The notes beneath the pieces were generated by a model. That model was not told the DNA's origin, made no database searches, and saw nothing but the letters and a program-made list of their open reading frames with translations. A program made the translations under genes and the position numbers. A stretch of DNA of 64,000 nt from Tubiluchus corallicola (taxonomy: Eukaryota > Animalia > Priapulida), in the NCBI GenBank assembly GCA_030141605.1, contig JAQGDQ010002378.1:248001-312000 (forward strand), given 5' to 3'. This document shows, piece after piece, positions 21,464 through 45,479 of the stretch (position 1 is the first letter of the stretch; each line of letters opens with the position of its first letter).

Positions 21464-21898
21464 TAGGGGCGGATACAGGTTTTAGAACAACGGTGAGTCC
21501 AACAGAAAAGCACTTACGGGGGTTGGGGGAGCGGTGTAAGCTCCCCAACGAGGTCCACCCGGACAACAACACATTTTACTGCATTTCGACCACTTTTCTG
21601 CCTTCTAAAAGCCATTTCTTCAAGGACGCTCACTAGTTTAGAACAGGTTTCATTTCACCTTTGATTTAAGATTACATGCCAATATATTGATAAACATTAT
21701 ACAGCATACATGAATGTACAATCATTTACATTTGTTTTCTGGTGATACATGAGTTTTACAGATATAAGGCATCTTTAGGATTTAGGAAATCGTTGTAATG
21801 CGTATAATTCAGAGAAAATATTCATTTGGTGTGTTGTAACTGTTACTGTGAAAGGGAGGGCCCAGGCCCCTTGAGCACACCCCCTAAATCAGCCACTG
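21464..21898. mobile_element. Old hAT-type MITE
   Basis: TIRs TAGGGGCGGAT / ATCAGCCACTG with GC-rich subterminal blocks; 8-bp flanks only partly match. Confidence 0.55.
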
Positions 21899-23870
21899 TT
21901 GTAGTCTAAATAAAAATGTCATTAAGAAAATAATTTTAAAAAATGAGAGAAAACTAGCAGAAACACGAATAAACAGGTACGCAAGTAAGCGAATCAGCAC
22001 ACAAACAAACGAATCAATGCACGAAAAACAAATAACAGACAAAAAACAACAAACAAACAAATTTTCAATCTGTATGGCACAAGAAAAAAATCAAATAAAT
22101 ATGATTTGACGTTACTAACGTCTAACCTTATTTTTATAAGTGTTTTATCGTCTGCCTTCTGAAGTAATATAGTGGTAACTACTATAATTCACTGGTGCCA
22201 AGAGGTTTCAAATAAAAAAATGAAATGAAAATGTTAACGCGCAAATCTTATTCTGCTGAATCTGTGATACCTCACCAAATGTAAGGCAACGGAATTTCTA
22301 TGATGCTTGTTTTTCAGGCAAAACACACAAGTAGTTATTGAATATTGGCTACTGGACACATGTAAACAAAAGAAATTACAAAATTCACGATGATAGATCG
22401 AGTAATTATCTATATTTCACGTTAAAGCAAGTTTAAGCCATCAAGTACTGCCAACATGTAAAATCTAGTTTGCAACCAGCTTTCTCATGCTGAAAATGTT
22501 TACTTAAACTATTTCTGTTTTAAACCTAATCACAAAAAAACGTTACTTAAATATTTTTTTAAATTTACAATTCTTTAACACTAAAACTTTTCTGACAGCA
22601 CTTAGCAAAAAAAAACAACTCTTTTTAAAGTAATTTTTCTCTCTATTCACGTACAGCTATATTCTATCTTATTAATGTTGATTAACGAACATTCATTTGA
22701 ATCTTATAAGGTTCGGGAGCTGACACTAGGAAACCAAAATGTGGTTCTAAGCTCGGTTTAGGAGCACCAGGGGGTAGCTGAATGTCAAAGTTTTGCAGTA
22801 TGCTCGTGAAGTATAAAAACAGCTCCATTCTTGCCAAAGCTTCACCAAGACAGACACGTCGACCTAAACAAACAAAACTATTTTATAAAACTCTAGTGCG
22901 CCATAATAGGACTTGCACATGTTTTTCTCTTAATACTCTGCTGATACTAGTAAGTTCGTTTTGTCTTCTTTTGAACTGATTTTAAAATGATTCTTCATTT
23001 CATTTTGCAGTTACCGTTAATGGTTTTTATTGAAGCTGCAAAAGCCGTTTTTACAAACCTGCATGTTGCATTAGAACTTTCATTGATTAGGCCTATTTGC
23101 AAGCGGTTTTAGGCCGATAATTTCCATACTACTGAAAGTGGTAGAACGTATTCAGGATCTTTGGAAACATAAACAGAGTCTTACTTACATTCAAAGACTC
23201 ACATTCAAATCGCAAAGAATACAAAGGGCCCATTAAGACACAGAAGTTTTCGTTTTTCACAGGACCTTTGTTAGCTGTAAGGTAGAGATAAGGCACATTG
23301 TCTTATTTATGATTACGATAATGGGACGTCTCAGAAGAGCACTGTTTGATTTTACTTCTGTTCATGCTGCATGTGCATAACTGCAAAATTAAAAGTGTGT
23401 ACGATTTGGTAGCATTGTGACATTATTTAGTTAAATTGCTAATGGACTAAATAACTATTCTATATTGTGGTATTATTTTTACTGACGGTGATCAAGTTCA
23501 GTTACATGACTAACTACCTTTCAGGAATTTGTGATTGCCTGTCCTATAAAAATGCCTTTCTAGTGGGCTATACCCGTGTCCCTCTGGCAAGATTGAAACT
23601 CCCTTTGTGTTTTCGAATGAGAGCCAAGGCGAGCATTATATAGACATAAAACACTTTTTGATATGTTGGCTTGATTTGTTGGAGATTTGTCTTCAACACT
23701 GTCCTATAAGAAAATGTCTTCCTTGTTGGCTATACCTATGTCCTTTTAACAAGATTCAAATTCCCTTTGTGAGTTTGTACGAGAGCGCAGATGAGCATTA
23801 TATATGTATACATACATATATATAATGTATACATATATATATGTTTACATTATATATATGTATAATAGGA

Positions 23871-23905
<35 letters not shown>

Positions 23906-24061
23906 ACACTTTTTTAGAAAAATGGGCTAGATGTGTTGGAGGTTAGTGGCATGCAATGGTGGACGCATCACATTGCCTAACCAGGTGTTAATGTGTAACA
24001 AAAGGTATGCTGCTTCCAAGTAATAAAATGTCTATAACCAAAACATTGCTCTACTTTGTGT

Positions 24062-24290
24062 CAGGTGTCTGTGTGGTTACAACACCTGAAAGCCAATCCA
24101 GAGGTTCTTGGTTCGAATCCAAGTTTCAACACCTGTGCAAACTCTGATCACCTTTCTAGCCTTACTCAAACTTAACCGATAATTGGTTATGTATTGGTGA
24201 AAGAAAAAAAGGTCTATCTGCCTGTCCTTCCCTTCTGATGAGGTTTTGTAAATAGATGCTATAACCATCTATCCCACACCCCCTCCATTA
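24062..24290 (+). mobile_element. Degenerate tRNA-derived SINE-like element
   Basis: B-box GGTTCGAATCC near 24110 preceded by a weak A-box-like GTGTGGTT; does not fold as a full tRNA. Confidence 0.45.
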
Positions 24291-25673
24291 GAAGGTTTTC
24301 TTTTTCTTCTTCTTTCTCTATGTGTAAAATAAATCTCACCAACTGAAAATGGAATTACTGCATCATTCTTTACAAACTCTCCTTTGTCGTTCAAATGGCG
24401 TTCAGGACGGAAGTGATTAGGTTCCGGAAACATGACCGGATCCTGATGGATGGCAGTCAAGTTCAACATTACAGTCGTACGAGCTGGTATTCTGTAGCCT
24501 TGAAACGTCACCTCTTTTGAAGTGGAATGTGGTACTCCAAGTGGTACAATGTTTCCTGAAAATGTGTTGAAAATACTACTTTCAAAAGACCAAAAATTGC
24601 AGGCCATCACAAATGACTAGTATCATGTTGCTTTAGCTCTGGATGTAAATACGAAACAACATTTTAAAAGCCTTTTTGTAAGTTCTATGATATAAGCTAC
24701 ATATATATGGAAAAAAGTGCCATGGAAAAAATTAGAAAATTAGGATGATAGTAGCAATGAATGTTAATATAGTTTGTAAATCATCAGTATGGTCAACAAA
24801 AAATTTCTTATTTTTGCCAACACTTTCATTACCCATTCTTTGTATTTCAGTTAAAGTTGCTTCCGTGAAAGGCATGTTTGGTTTGTCGGCTACAGATGGC
24901 AGCCTTGATTTTCCAATGACGTCATCAATTTCTTTCTGCACGCGTTTCTGTACATCGGGATAATGCAGCAAGTAAATAAACGCCCAATAAAGTGTTGATG
25001 ACGTGGTTTCGGTTCCAGCAAAGAAACAGTCTGCTGCAACCCACATAAGCTCACTAACTGAAAAAAAGTTAAATACTTACTATTTTAACAGATTTGGCAC
25101 CCATTATTGCAAAAAATCAATAATTTGTATTTTACTGAATTTATCTATTAGTGTCACAATAATTAAGTGTTTCGAGTGATTTTTCGAAGTTGTTAATATG
25201 CTAGAACCCTTTTAACATGCTAAAAGAGGCAGAGAAAAGGGAAGTGAGCTAACCTGGAACTCTGTCACGTCAAATCGCCCCATATTTAAGATATTTCAAG
25301 GTTTAGTTGTGAATTTATATGAACAATAATTGATTAAATAACCTTGCATCTCGACTTTTGAATTAAAAGTCTCTGATATTTTGTTTGATTTTTTTCTTGT
25401 AAACACATTTCTTTAGTGTCAGAATTGAAAATGAAGAAGCCATCTCATCTCAACTCGGGTTTAACTCATTTCTCTTCTGATCATGTCAGAAATCTTATTT
25501 TACTGCTACAACGTCATTAAAATTGATTACACTTATTAAAAATTTGACTTCAAGTGCTTTTTGAAATTGCTTTTCCACGTTTACTTATTTCTACTCTAAA
25601 CTGTGTCGTTTGCACGATTCTCGTCCTTTGTCAACATGGTTGCAACCAAAATTAAAGCAAAACAGGATCCAAT

Positions 25674-26250
25674 CTTAAACTGTAGGTCAAAACAATCAAC
25701 TCTTTCAAATATTGAAAGGAAACATACTATTTTTTCAAAAATGACTTACGTGAAAGAATTATTACCACACAAACACAATTTCATGTTCGTACCACTAGTT
25801 CTTCGCTGTTACAGGCCTTTCGCCTTTCGCTAGTTAAACGGGCATTAGCACCTGCATTTGGGAAACGCATTGCACAAAAAACGGGTGCTGTACCTCTCAG
25901 TTCAAATGTGCTAGTCTGTGACAAACGTACACCGTTTCGAAAGCTCATACGTGATCACAGCGGTATATTTGAAATTTGAATTTTTATCTTAAAACTTGCT
26001 GAATATTTTACAGTAGCATTGTACTTCAATTTTTGCTTTCGCAAACACGTGCAACACACTCGTGGAATATTTTTGTTGTTGAAAATTATGTTAATTTGTG
26101 ATGTCATGAATAGTTGGGCTCGCCTGCCGTTAATTAAGTTTGTAATCTATTATTTAATTATCAGAAATGCGTTTGTAGTATTAATTGTCTAAAAATGTGT
26201 ACTTTTTATCAGTGTTGAAAATGGGGTAGTATATGAAAAATCGTCCTGTC
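25674..26250. repeat. Interspersed repeat, copy 2 (homologous to 11278-11825)
   Basis: Visible alignment with copy 1, same orientation. Confidence 0.85.
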
Positions 26251-26548
26251 TTGCTTACTCAGAGAGGTACAAAACAGCTCAAAAAAGCTTAGAGACATTA
26301 TAATCAAAAGCCAATGTAAAAATTTTGTCACCATTACAGTTAGAGTACAATATTAGGTTACTGGAATGGATTTGGAATTAATACAATGGATTTTCATTAA
26401 ATAAGAGAAACAAAGTCATCTGGATTGTACGTTTTCGTGTGTTCGTCCACATGGCTTTTTATAAAGTCCATAATGTGAAATTCATTTTCCATGAACTTCT
26501 TGTATCTGAAATAATGATGACTAAGCAGTTAATTTCTAGGAAAGCTGA

Positions 26549-27328
26549 GGCCCATTTCACAGTGAAGACGCGCAACAGAATGCCTAGAGGAGAAATTCTT
26601 TGAGGAATTCCTCGCGAAAATGAAACACATTGTTTTCTATGGCGCCTTTCACAGTGAGGACGCGCAGCAAAATTCCTCGTGCAATTCCTCTTGGGGAATT
26701 CTGCTGCCAGCTAGCAGCTATGCGTCCTCCTCGTAAGGAATTTTGCCTGTATGTTCCATTTTCTTGAAGAATTCTCGTAGAATTCAGTCTTTAATTTAAC
26801 TACTTTGTTAATTGTTTCTTATTTAACGAACAACAATTAACACGTTTCAGCAGATTTAATTTCTAAGATTTAATTTCTCCTTTAACAGACTGACGATTTT
26901 GTGTTTTTTTAATGCAACATCGATGGCTATATTCGTAAAAACAAAAATAACGAATATATTTATGTTATACTGTACATGTATATTTTTAGATTTTGAAGTC
27001 ATTAGTAAAACTTTACTAAAAACAAACAGGTGTAAAAATACTTTGATTAATAAATACTTTTGCTAATTGTACTTTGCATATGAGAAATTCGGTAAGCAAA
27101 ACTTAATTTAAACATGATTATACAGTATAAAACTTGCGAAGTAGTTGCAGTTAAGTTGAGTTAACTGCGCGTGCGGAAAAAACCGCGCAATTTCACTGTG
27201 AAATGAACTACCTTGCTGCATGTAAATGGGATTTCGAGAAAAATTGGAAATTTTCATAAATATTTTCTGATTTTCTGACAGCAGTTCCGTACGTCATTTT
27301 TCTTTGCGTCCTCGCTGTGAAATGAGCT
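26549..27328. mobile_element. PIF/Harbinger-like MITE, about 780 bp
   Basis: Imperfect 23-bp TIRs GGCCCATTTCACAGTGAAGACGC and (reverse complement) AGCTCATTTCACAGCGAGGACGC; 3-bp flanks TGA / TTA; the TIR motif is repeated internally near 26641. Confidence 0.7.
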
Positions 27329-30045
27329 TTACTGAACAAATAACTCGAAGTATTTTTACTTTTTCAACACCACTGATTGAAATGAAGGCATTCGGTTTTT
27401 ACTTATATGCATAAGAAAAGAACAGAGTCAAAATCGCTGTTTATCAATCTTTAACACGTAACAGATAATACACGTAATAATCAATGTTCCCAAACATTTA
27501 AACGCCAATCAACACTATTTATATTTATGTTGTTGAATTTAGCGTTAATAGACTATCATGTAGGTAAATATTCTGACCAAAGTCCATAACCTAGTAGCCT
27601 TTGATCTACAAAGAGTAACCAGTGGCTTAATGGTCTGGAGATCTATTTTTGTTGAAAAGAAGCTCTCTATTTCCACAAAATATATTGTTGTTTTATTTTT
27701 AGCCTAGTGCGGCCGCGGCAGGATTCAAGGCCAGGCACACAAACGAACAGGGTGACTTTTAAACATCAAGAATTAAATGGTATTAATAATCACTGGCTTA
27801 TTGTAAGAGCATGTAAGAACGGACACTCTACGCGCATAAAGAAATTGATAACTGGTAACACATGTCAAAAATTAACAATGTTCTAAAGTTAACCGTAACT
27901 AAATTTGTAACAATTACCGGATTTCTATAAATTGGACATCTGGTAACAAAGAGAGTAAATGCTAAGGTTGACGCTAGAACACAGAAGAGCTGTATTGGCA
28001 ACGAATATTTGCGCAAATGTGTTACCATTCGGGGATTGGCTTTTTTGGTGATCAATCGACAATCGACTAGTAATCAATTACCAATCAGTCTCTGCCACCT
28101 CACGAACAAAGGAACAACTTTAGATGAAACCAAACTACTCGAATAAGAAGAAATATGTGAGCCTACTACACCAAAAAATCAGTAGTTTCAGTGTAATAAA
28201 TTACTGATTGTTAAACAAAAATGCCAAAAAATGCTCAAAATGGCCAATAGCGCTTCATGAATGAGATTGTTTCCTAATTTAGCTACAACAGGTTTTGCAC
28301 GATGAGTAAGATCGTCTGACCCACCTTGATCTAAATCCTGGGAGATACCTCAGCCACGGAAAGACATCAATAAACCCAGTAATGTCAGGATTTTGGACAT
28401 CTTGAGCAATGTAGTCCATTAACTTGATAAATGCCGAGTCATCGTATTCGTAACGGTTTCCAAATACTATGGAACATATGACATTTGAAATTGTATTTGA
28501 AAGATATAGTTTAGGATCGAAAGGTTTGCCTTCCTTATCCTTTAGCTCGTTCAGAAAGGCTGATATTTCTTCTTTTATCTTCTTCTCCAAGCTAATCTTT
28601 CCCATTCCAAACTCTTTGAGTTTACTCAGAGCAAATTTTCTCTGTTCTTTCCATCGTCTTCCTTCTGACATCACAAGCCCTGTAATCCAAAAGTGCAACA
28701 TTAGGGCCTGTTCACACTTACATGATGAAATAACTTTGCAAACAATGTTACAGTAATTTCTTGCTTTTCACTGTCCAGTGTTTATTGTTTAGTCTCTTTG
28801 GATTGTAGTTTCTTATTAGATGTTTAAGTTGCATAACAGGATAACAGGATCTAGCAATAATGTTGTTCACAATCTATGTTGCAAAATCAATCAACCAACC
28901 AATATCCCTGAATTATTGGGTCGTAATATTGAATTATTGACTTTCTTCGAAAGAATTTAGTGATTAAGTTTTAGGTATACGGCTAGCAAAATTACCTGAA
29001 GCGTCCACGTCCAATGAAGCAAATAGTTGCATACCTGTATTACACAATGCTTCATTGTTTGCAGTACTATTCTCGAATAGTCATAGGTCATCTATTTCAC
29101 ATTACACATTTACAATAGTTTCATGTACAATATCTAGTGAAAGAGCTTACAATGAACATAATACAAATAAGAAATACTGCACAGGAAAAGCCTCATACAC
29201 CGTTCACTTATATACGAAGGTAAATGTGTTGAGGACAATCAAAATGCAGGGCTTGTTAGATTGTCCCACACAGTGATAGAAAAAAAGTAATGGAGATAAT
29301 CTGAAAATTTAAAGTGAATCGTGATTAAAAAAACATTAGTGCTTAAAATGGAATGCTGTAATGAATCAAGCTGATATATATAGGATGATATAAAAGATAG
29401 AAAGACTATTATTTGTTAATAGTATGTAAAATTAAGATAACTTCATTAAGCTAACACAACTGTTTTGCAACTACTGTGAGGATGGAATTTGTGTAACTTC
29501 CCCACCATACTCGTTTGCTAACTTGGATGGATTTATAAACTACATAAGTTAACATACCAAAATTTTCAAGCTTTTTTGCAAAGGTCTCTGATATTTTAAA
29601 TCACTTGTTCAAGATCAAAGAAATCTTGGCTTTTTGAATATATAAATTAGACATTAAGAAAGCGGTTCTTTAAAAACACAACTACAAATGCTATATGATC
29701 GCAGTACTTACCACGCATTTCATCGTCTCCCATAATTTCACCGATTGTAAAACTTTCGAACCTTCCAGAAAATACATCTCCATGTTTCAGAAAAGCTTCA
29801 CGACCCGTTTCAAAATCGTTGATGACCACGTTGAAAGTTGGTCCTATGTACAGCCCGAAAATGTTGCCATACCGTTTTGTGAGCTTTTCAAAATACGCGG
29901 TTGGGTCCTTTCCCATTGAGAACATCGAACCAACGATGGGCCAGCCCACAGGGCCCGGCGGTGCCCCTTCGGGACGTTTCTTCCACTGCCATACAAATAG
30001 TAACAAAATGAGCAAAACTGCCGCGATGAGCAACGTTGGAAACAT

Positions 30046-30384
30046 TGTTATTGCTGATAACAAAACAGAATTTTTATATTGCAGTTTCAGAGTAGCGAAC
30101 CTAACTCCAGTTGGCAAGCAGAGCTGTCTATTTCGTATAGCGTGCTGGCTGTGGAACCAGGAGTCCGTATTATGTTTACTAATGTAAATAAGTTCCAAAT
30201 CAATAAACGCCACTCAAGGCCATTTACCCAGGAATGCGCAGTAGGTACTAGCGCAGTTTCTAGGGTCTTATAATCGAGATAGTACAGTATTTACAAAGCT
30301 GCGTCACGTGGTCGACGCCTTCCGTGTGTATGTATGTATGTATGTGTGTATGAATATTTTAACATAAAAAATTATTTTACCGTC
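30046..30384. promoter_or_regulatory. Putative bidirectional promoter between CYP-B and CYP-C
   Basis: Divergent ATGs only 339 bp apart; palindromic TTATAA at 30268-30273, E-box CACGTG at 30305-30310, TAGCGTG at 30138-30144. Confidence 0.6.
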
Positions 30385-40925
<10,541 letters not shown>

Positions 40926-40935
40926 GAAACTATAA

Positions 40936-40996
40936 ACACGCACGCATACGTACGCACACGTACGCACACACGCACACACACACACGTATGCATGCA

Positions 40997-41036
<40 letters not shown>

Positions 41037-41172
41037 CACACATGCACACACATGCACACACACACACACACACACACGCATGCACACACACACACACACA
41101 CACACGTATGCACGCACGCACACACACACACACGCACGCACTCACGCATGCACACGCATGCACACACACACA

Positions 41173-41204
<32 letters not shown>

Positions 41205-41206
41205 CA
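40936..41206. repeat. (CA)n-type microsatellite right after the CYP-C stop
   Basis: Directly visible. Confidence 0.95.
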
Positions 41207-41616
41207 ACAGTTTTAAGCATGCTATAAGCCTACTTGTGAATAACATTATGAATATTATGAATAACATACTTTTAATAAAGCTGTATATAATGGATGTGAA
41301 TAAAATTACTTTTAACCAATTTTTGAACATCGTTTGTGAGTTGCCACTAACAATATTAATTTAATTTTTTATGGTTTTAAATATGGTGAAGTTCTACAAA
41401 CGTTCTCTGTCAAGTCTTGAAGGAAACCATTTACTTGCTAACTGAACATTTTGTATCATACGTACACAACTCTTGATCCAAATTAAATCTGACAAACTAT
41501 TCAGCAAAAGCATAACTGTGCAACATTAGATTTCTTTCGAGTCATTAACCTTGCAAGATGCTGATGAAAATAGTTCATGAAGACCCATTTTGTATCGGTA
41601 TGTAATTGAGTACTTA

Positions 41617-41989
41617 CAGGCCCTATTTTAGGGGGGGGGGTTAAGTGGGGACAATTCCCCGGGGCCTCACCCTCCAGGGGGCCTGATGCCAAGGTAACAT
41701 TTTTTTGCTTTATGCGAACATACTTCCTCCGCTCCCCCCTCTCTCTCTCTTGCCGCACGCGCGCCGTTTGCCAGTATTGACAAGTATTAAGGACTGGTTT
41801 TGAGAATAAAGCAGTTTTTCTTTCAATTGTTCTTTCCTTTAACAACTGTGTAACTCCATGTTTTCTCTTCGAAAATGCTTCTCCGGCGTTCTAGCAGTTC
41901 AAAATTTTTCTGGGCGCTTTGCCCTCCCCCTCGAGGGGGCCTCACACGCCCCACTTTCCCGGGCCTCTCTTAAGCTGAAAGAGGCCCTG
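41617..41989. mobile_element. hAT-type MITE with perfect TSD
   Basis: TIRs CAGGCCCTATTTTAG / CTGAAAGAGGCCCTG; perfect 8-bp TSD AGTACTTA (41609-41616 and 41990-41997). Confidence 0.85.
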
Positions 41990-43105
41990 AGTACTTAACT
42001 ACAAATGTTACTTTTAATTATAAATGTTATGCTAATTAATTAAGCTAATATCTGTGAACTAATACCAGATACCTGTTATAGCATGTCATTTAACTCTCAC
42101 AATATAAAACACAAAAATTACACTGTACGGAGTTTATTACCAGCACTTATAGGGGAACAAAATACACACACAAAAAATAGCTAAGTAACAGCACTACGCC
42201 CGAGGAGCAGCTGTGTCACAAATCAAGGCTCTAGTGACCTCTACACGCTTTTTTACTGGCATTCCAGGGCTGCTGGCTTCTTCCACCACGTGTAGGCCCA
42301 AACAAGACGTCTGGACCTACAAAAAAGGGGTGAGTCGCTGCTGACGTGAAAGCAGGGCGTGTAGAGGGCCCTACACCCGACACAGGTGCCTCTGTAACAT
42401 TATACATGAACGAGCAAACCTTCTTAGTATTGTAATGCAAAGTATAAATAAAAATATCACATGAAATTATAAAGTATCGGGGAGGTTCAAATACCGTGCT
42501 CAAGTATATTATCTTTTAAATATGACGCAATTAAACATGGGAATGATCAAGCATGAACAAGCAAAAAGAATACACATTTAAAAATATCAGTCAGAACAAA
42601 AATCCATTTTTGAGTGGTGCAGAAGATTTTACAGCATTTGTCATCACCCTTCCTGACCATTTAAAAAAAATTTAAGCACCAAGTTAAGAAGTTAGCAATA
42701 CCAGAATTCCCGGACAGTCACCCATTCAAACGCAAAACCAGGTTCGAGATTGCTTAACTTCTGCATTTCGTTAAAGAGAGATAATATAGAAATAATAGAT
42801 AGATTAAGGTGAACGTAGGAACAAAGTATCTGTTTTGAATTTTTATATGAAAATCAAAAATAATTTTTGAAGGGCAGTGGCTGATTTTCTAGTTTTATTT
42901 TCATTTTTGTTCACTTTGTGTGATATTCGAGAAACGTAACAAATAGATAGTCTTTCACATTAAAATGCCAAAAAAAATCAACGTAATGTCGAGACAGACA
43001 TTTATTTCCACCACTTCAACTTCCAAAAATCAAAAACAATACTGTCAAAATGATATGGTCGTGTTGTGCACACACTTTGATTGTTAATAATCACTCTAGC
43101 AAAAA

Positions 43106-43224
43106 AGTCTACAGCACGTGGTATTCCTAGGCGGTCCCCTATCCAAGTACTAACCACACTCTGCATTGCTTAACTTCGGTGATCAGACGAGAACCGGTGT
43201 ATTCAATGTAATATGGCCGTAGAC
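43106..43224 (-). rRNA. 5S rRNA gene
   Basis: Reverse complement GTCTACGGCCATATTACATTGAATACACCGGTTCTCGTCTGATCACCGAAGTTAAGCAATG..TTAGTACTTGGATAGGGGACCGCCTAGGAATACCACGTGCTGTAGACT followed by a T-run terminator; a few substitutions, including in box C. Confidence 0.88.
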
Positions 43225-43870
43225 ATTAGCAGTTTCTTAAGATGAGTTAACATAGAAATGATGTACATGAATAAACAAACCTTTTTAGTATTTTAATGCA
43301 AAGTATAAATAGAAATATCATATGAAATTCTAAAATATCAGAGATGTTAAAATACCGTGCTCAAGTCTATTACCTTCTAAATATGACATAATTAAACATG
43401 GGAATGATCAAGCATGAACAAGCAAAGAGATCCTTCATTTAAAAATATCAGTCAGAACAAAAATCCATTTTTGAGTGTTGAAGAAGATTTTACAGCTTTT
43501 GTCATCAGCCTTCCTGACCATTTAAAAAAATGTCAGTCCCGGGCAGTCACCCATTCAAACGCAAAACCAAACCAGGTTCGAGGTTGCGTAACTTCTGTAT
43601 TTCGTTAAAAGAGATAATATAGAAATAATAGATAGATTAAGGTGAACGTAGTAACAAAGTATCTGTTTTGAATTTTTGTGTGTAGTATTTGAGAAACGTA
43701 ACAAATAGATAGTTTTAGACATTAAAATGCAAAGCAAATAAAAATCAAAATAATGTTCAGACAGACACTTATTCCTATCACTTCTACTTCCAAAAGTCAG
43801 AAACAATTCTGCAAAAATGAAATGGTCGTGTTGTGCACACACTTCAATAGTTAATAGGCACTAGCAAAAA

Positions 43871-43990
43871 AGTCAACAGCACGTAGTATTCCTAGGCGGT
43901 CACCCATCCAAGTACTAACCAGGGTCTCTACATTACTTAACTTTGGGGATCAGACGAAAACCGGTGTTTTCAACGTGATTTGGCTGTAGC
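43871..43990 (-). pseudogene. Degenerate 5S rRNA copy
   Basis: Full-length alignment to the other copies with many substitutions and an altered 5' end. Confidence 0.8.
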
Positions 43991-44699
43991 TTGCTCGGCA
44001 CAGCACAAGTAGTATTTATAGTATTCATAATCTAGTAAAACCAGGTGTACGATAAAACAGCATTGGATTAGAGAGTTGTCTTCGCTGCCATCATATATTC
44101 CTATGAGAAAAATACAAATGAGAAATGTGTTACGTTTGACCATTTTCCAAGTTAATGGGACATGCTAAACCGATAAGAACTGGAATTAACTAATTTACTA
44201 GTAATAATTAACAACGAATAGCAGTCTTACTAGGAGATTCTGTAGCGTGTACATCTTGACTGTACGTGATTAGTTTTTGAGTACATCTTGTACAACTTGT
44301 AAAGCTCTCAACTGAAATAACTATTATAGTAAATCAAGCAATCATTGGCAAATTCAAAATGATAATTGCTGCAGTTTGCAATATTTGATTTGACTCCTTG
44401 GGCTTTTACCCATTATTTCTCAGATGCATACCTTTCGTCTCCGCTAGTGAGTGACCAAATGTGAGGTTATGCAAGACCTTGGAGTAACTTGGATCAACTT
44501 TTCATCGATTATGTCATTGCATGTCACATTACAATTTCGTGATTCTTGAAGATTACACTATTTGTATGTTTTGTGTCATTTTGTCTGTTTATCTATTTGT
44601 GTTTTTATTTCTTCGTAGCTTGAATATTGATTTTGTCTTAATTGTCTGCAGATAAATCACACAAATAAATAAGTAATTGTAAGTTTTTTAAATTATTTA

Positions 44700-44900
44700 C
44701 TGAATGAGTGAACGAATGACTGACTGACTGACTGACTGACTGACCGACCGACCGACTGACCGACCGACCGACCGACCGACCGACCGACCGAATGACTGAC
44801 TGACTGACTGACTGACTGACTGACTGACTGACTGACTGACTGACTGACTGACTGACTGACTGACTGACTGACTGACTAACTGAATAAATGAATGAATGAT
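44700..44900. repeat. (TGAC/CGAC)n microsatellite
   Basis: Directly visible. Confidence 0.93.
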
Positions 44901-45479
44901 TGTGTGTGAATAAACGATTGAGTGAATTAATAAACAAACTAGCAAAGGCCCCGCAAAAAAATTTTGCTTATAAATCCACTCATAATCAAATATGCGCAAA
45001 CATTCTACCTAGTGTTTGTCTGTTTATCTAACGCAAAGCCAGAAGCTTTTACTGAATTAAAGTTACAGGCAGAGTATAATGGATGACGTCACAACAATGG
45101 CTTTGCGTCAGCAGTTTTCCAAGCGAAAATTGCCAAAAATAGAACATCTAATTAAGTCGTCGTCACTGCTCTTGATGGACGTGTCCTAATATAGCCCACA
45201 TCATCGTATAGCCCTGTTCTTCCCCTTTCTAAAGAGCTGTATATCTCCCTTCGAGAGTCCCACCAGGTGCCGTCAGAACGTTTTTTTCTGCAGGCTGTTT
45301 GAGCAAAAAAATTTCAAAAAAATCACTGGTAATATTTGTTATTTTAGTGTTTCATGGGAGTGGTAAAGTACGTTATAATTGCCGAGGAATGTATAAAAGT
45401 TAAATAACTGTTATATTATATGAAAATATAATGGTAAATAACCAAATTTAATATTAATTATATTTTGTTTTTAATAAAG

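Larger units (their letters stand above)
22682..30045 (-). pseudogene. Cytochrome P450 clan 2 paralog B, exon 3 truncated; exons 30045-29712, 28679-28325, 26505-about 26415 (broken), 25057-24833, 24555-24340, 22863-22682
   Basis: Five exons are intact (PPGPVGWP, WKEQRKF, FFAGTETT, EIQR, FRPERHL, FSVG|RRVCLG). Exon 3 homology stops after KTYNPDD and runs into TAA at 26399-26397 with no phase-1 donor. The P450 identity is near-certain; the confidence reflects the pseudogene status. Confidence 0.72.
42400..43990 (-). repeat. 5S rDNA tandem array block 1 (two spacer+gene units)
   Basis: Spacer sequence shared with block 2 (52200-57460). Confidence 0.9.

Noticed and set aside
24062-24130. tRNA gene (also the B-box near 58460 on the - strand)
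   Set aside because: B-box only; acceptor and anticodon stems do not form, so SINE remnants at best.
41631-41682. G-quadruplex-like G runs
   Set aside because: Subterminal sequence of the hAT MITE; no independent sign of function.
42074-42399. Possible solo LTR (TGTTA..TAACA) at the edge of 5S block 1
   Set aside because: Has terminal TG..CA and a - strand AATAAA, but no matching TSD and no second copy in the window.
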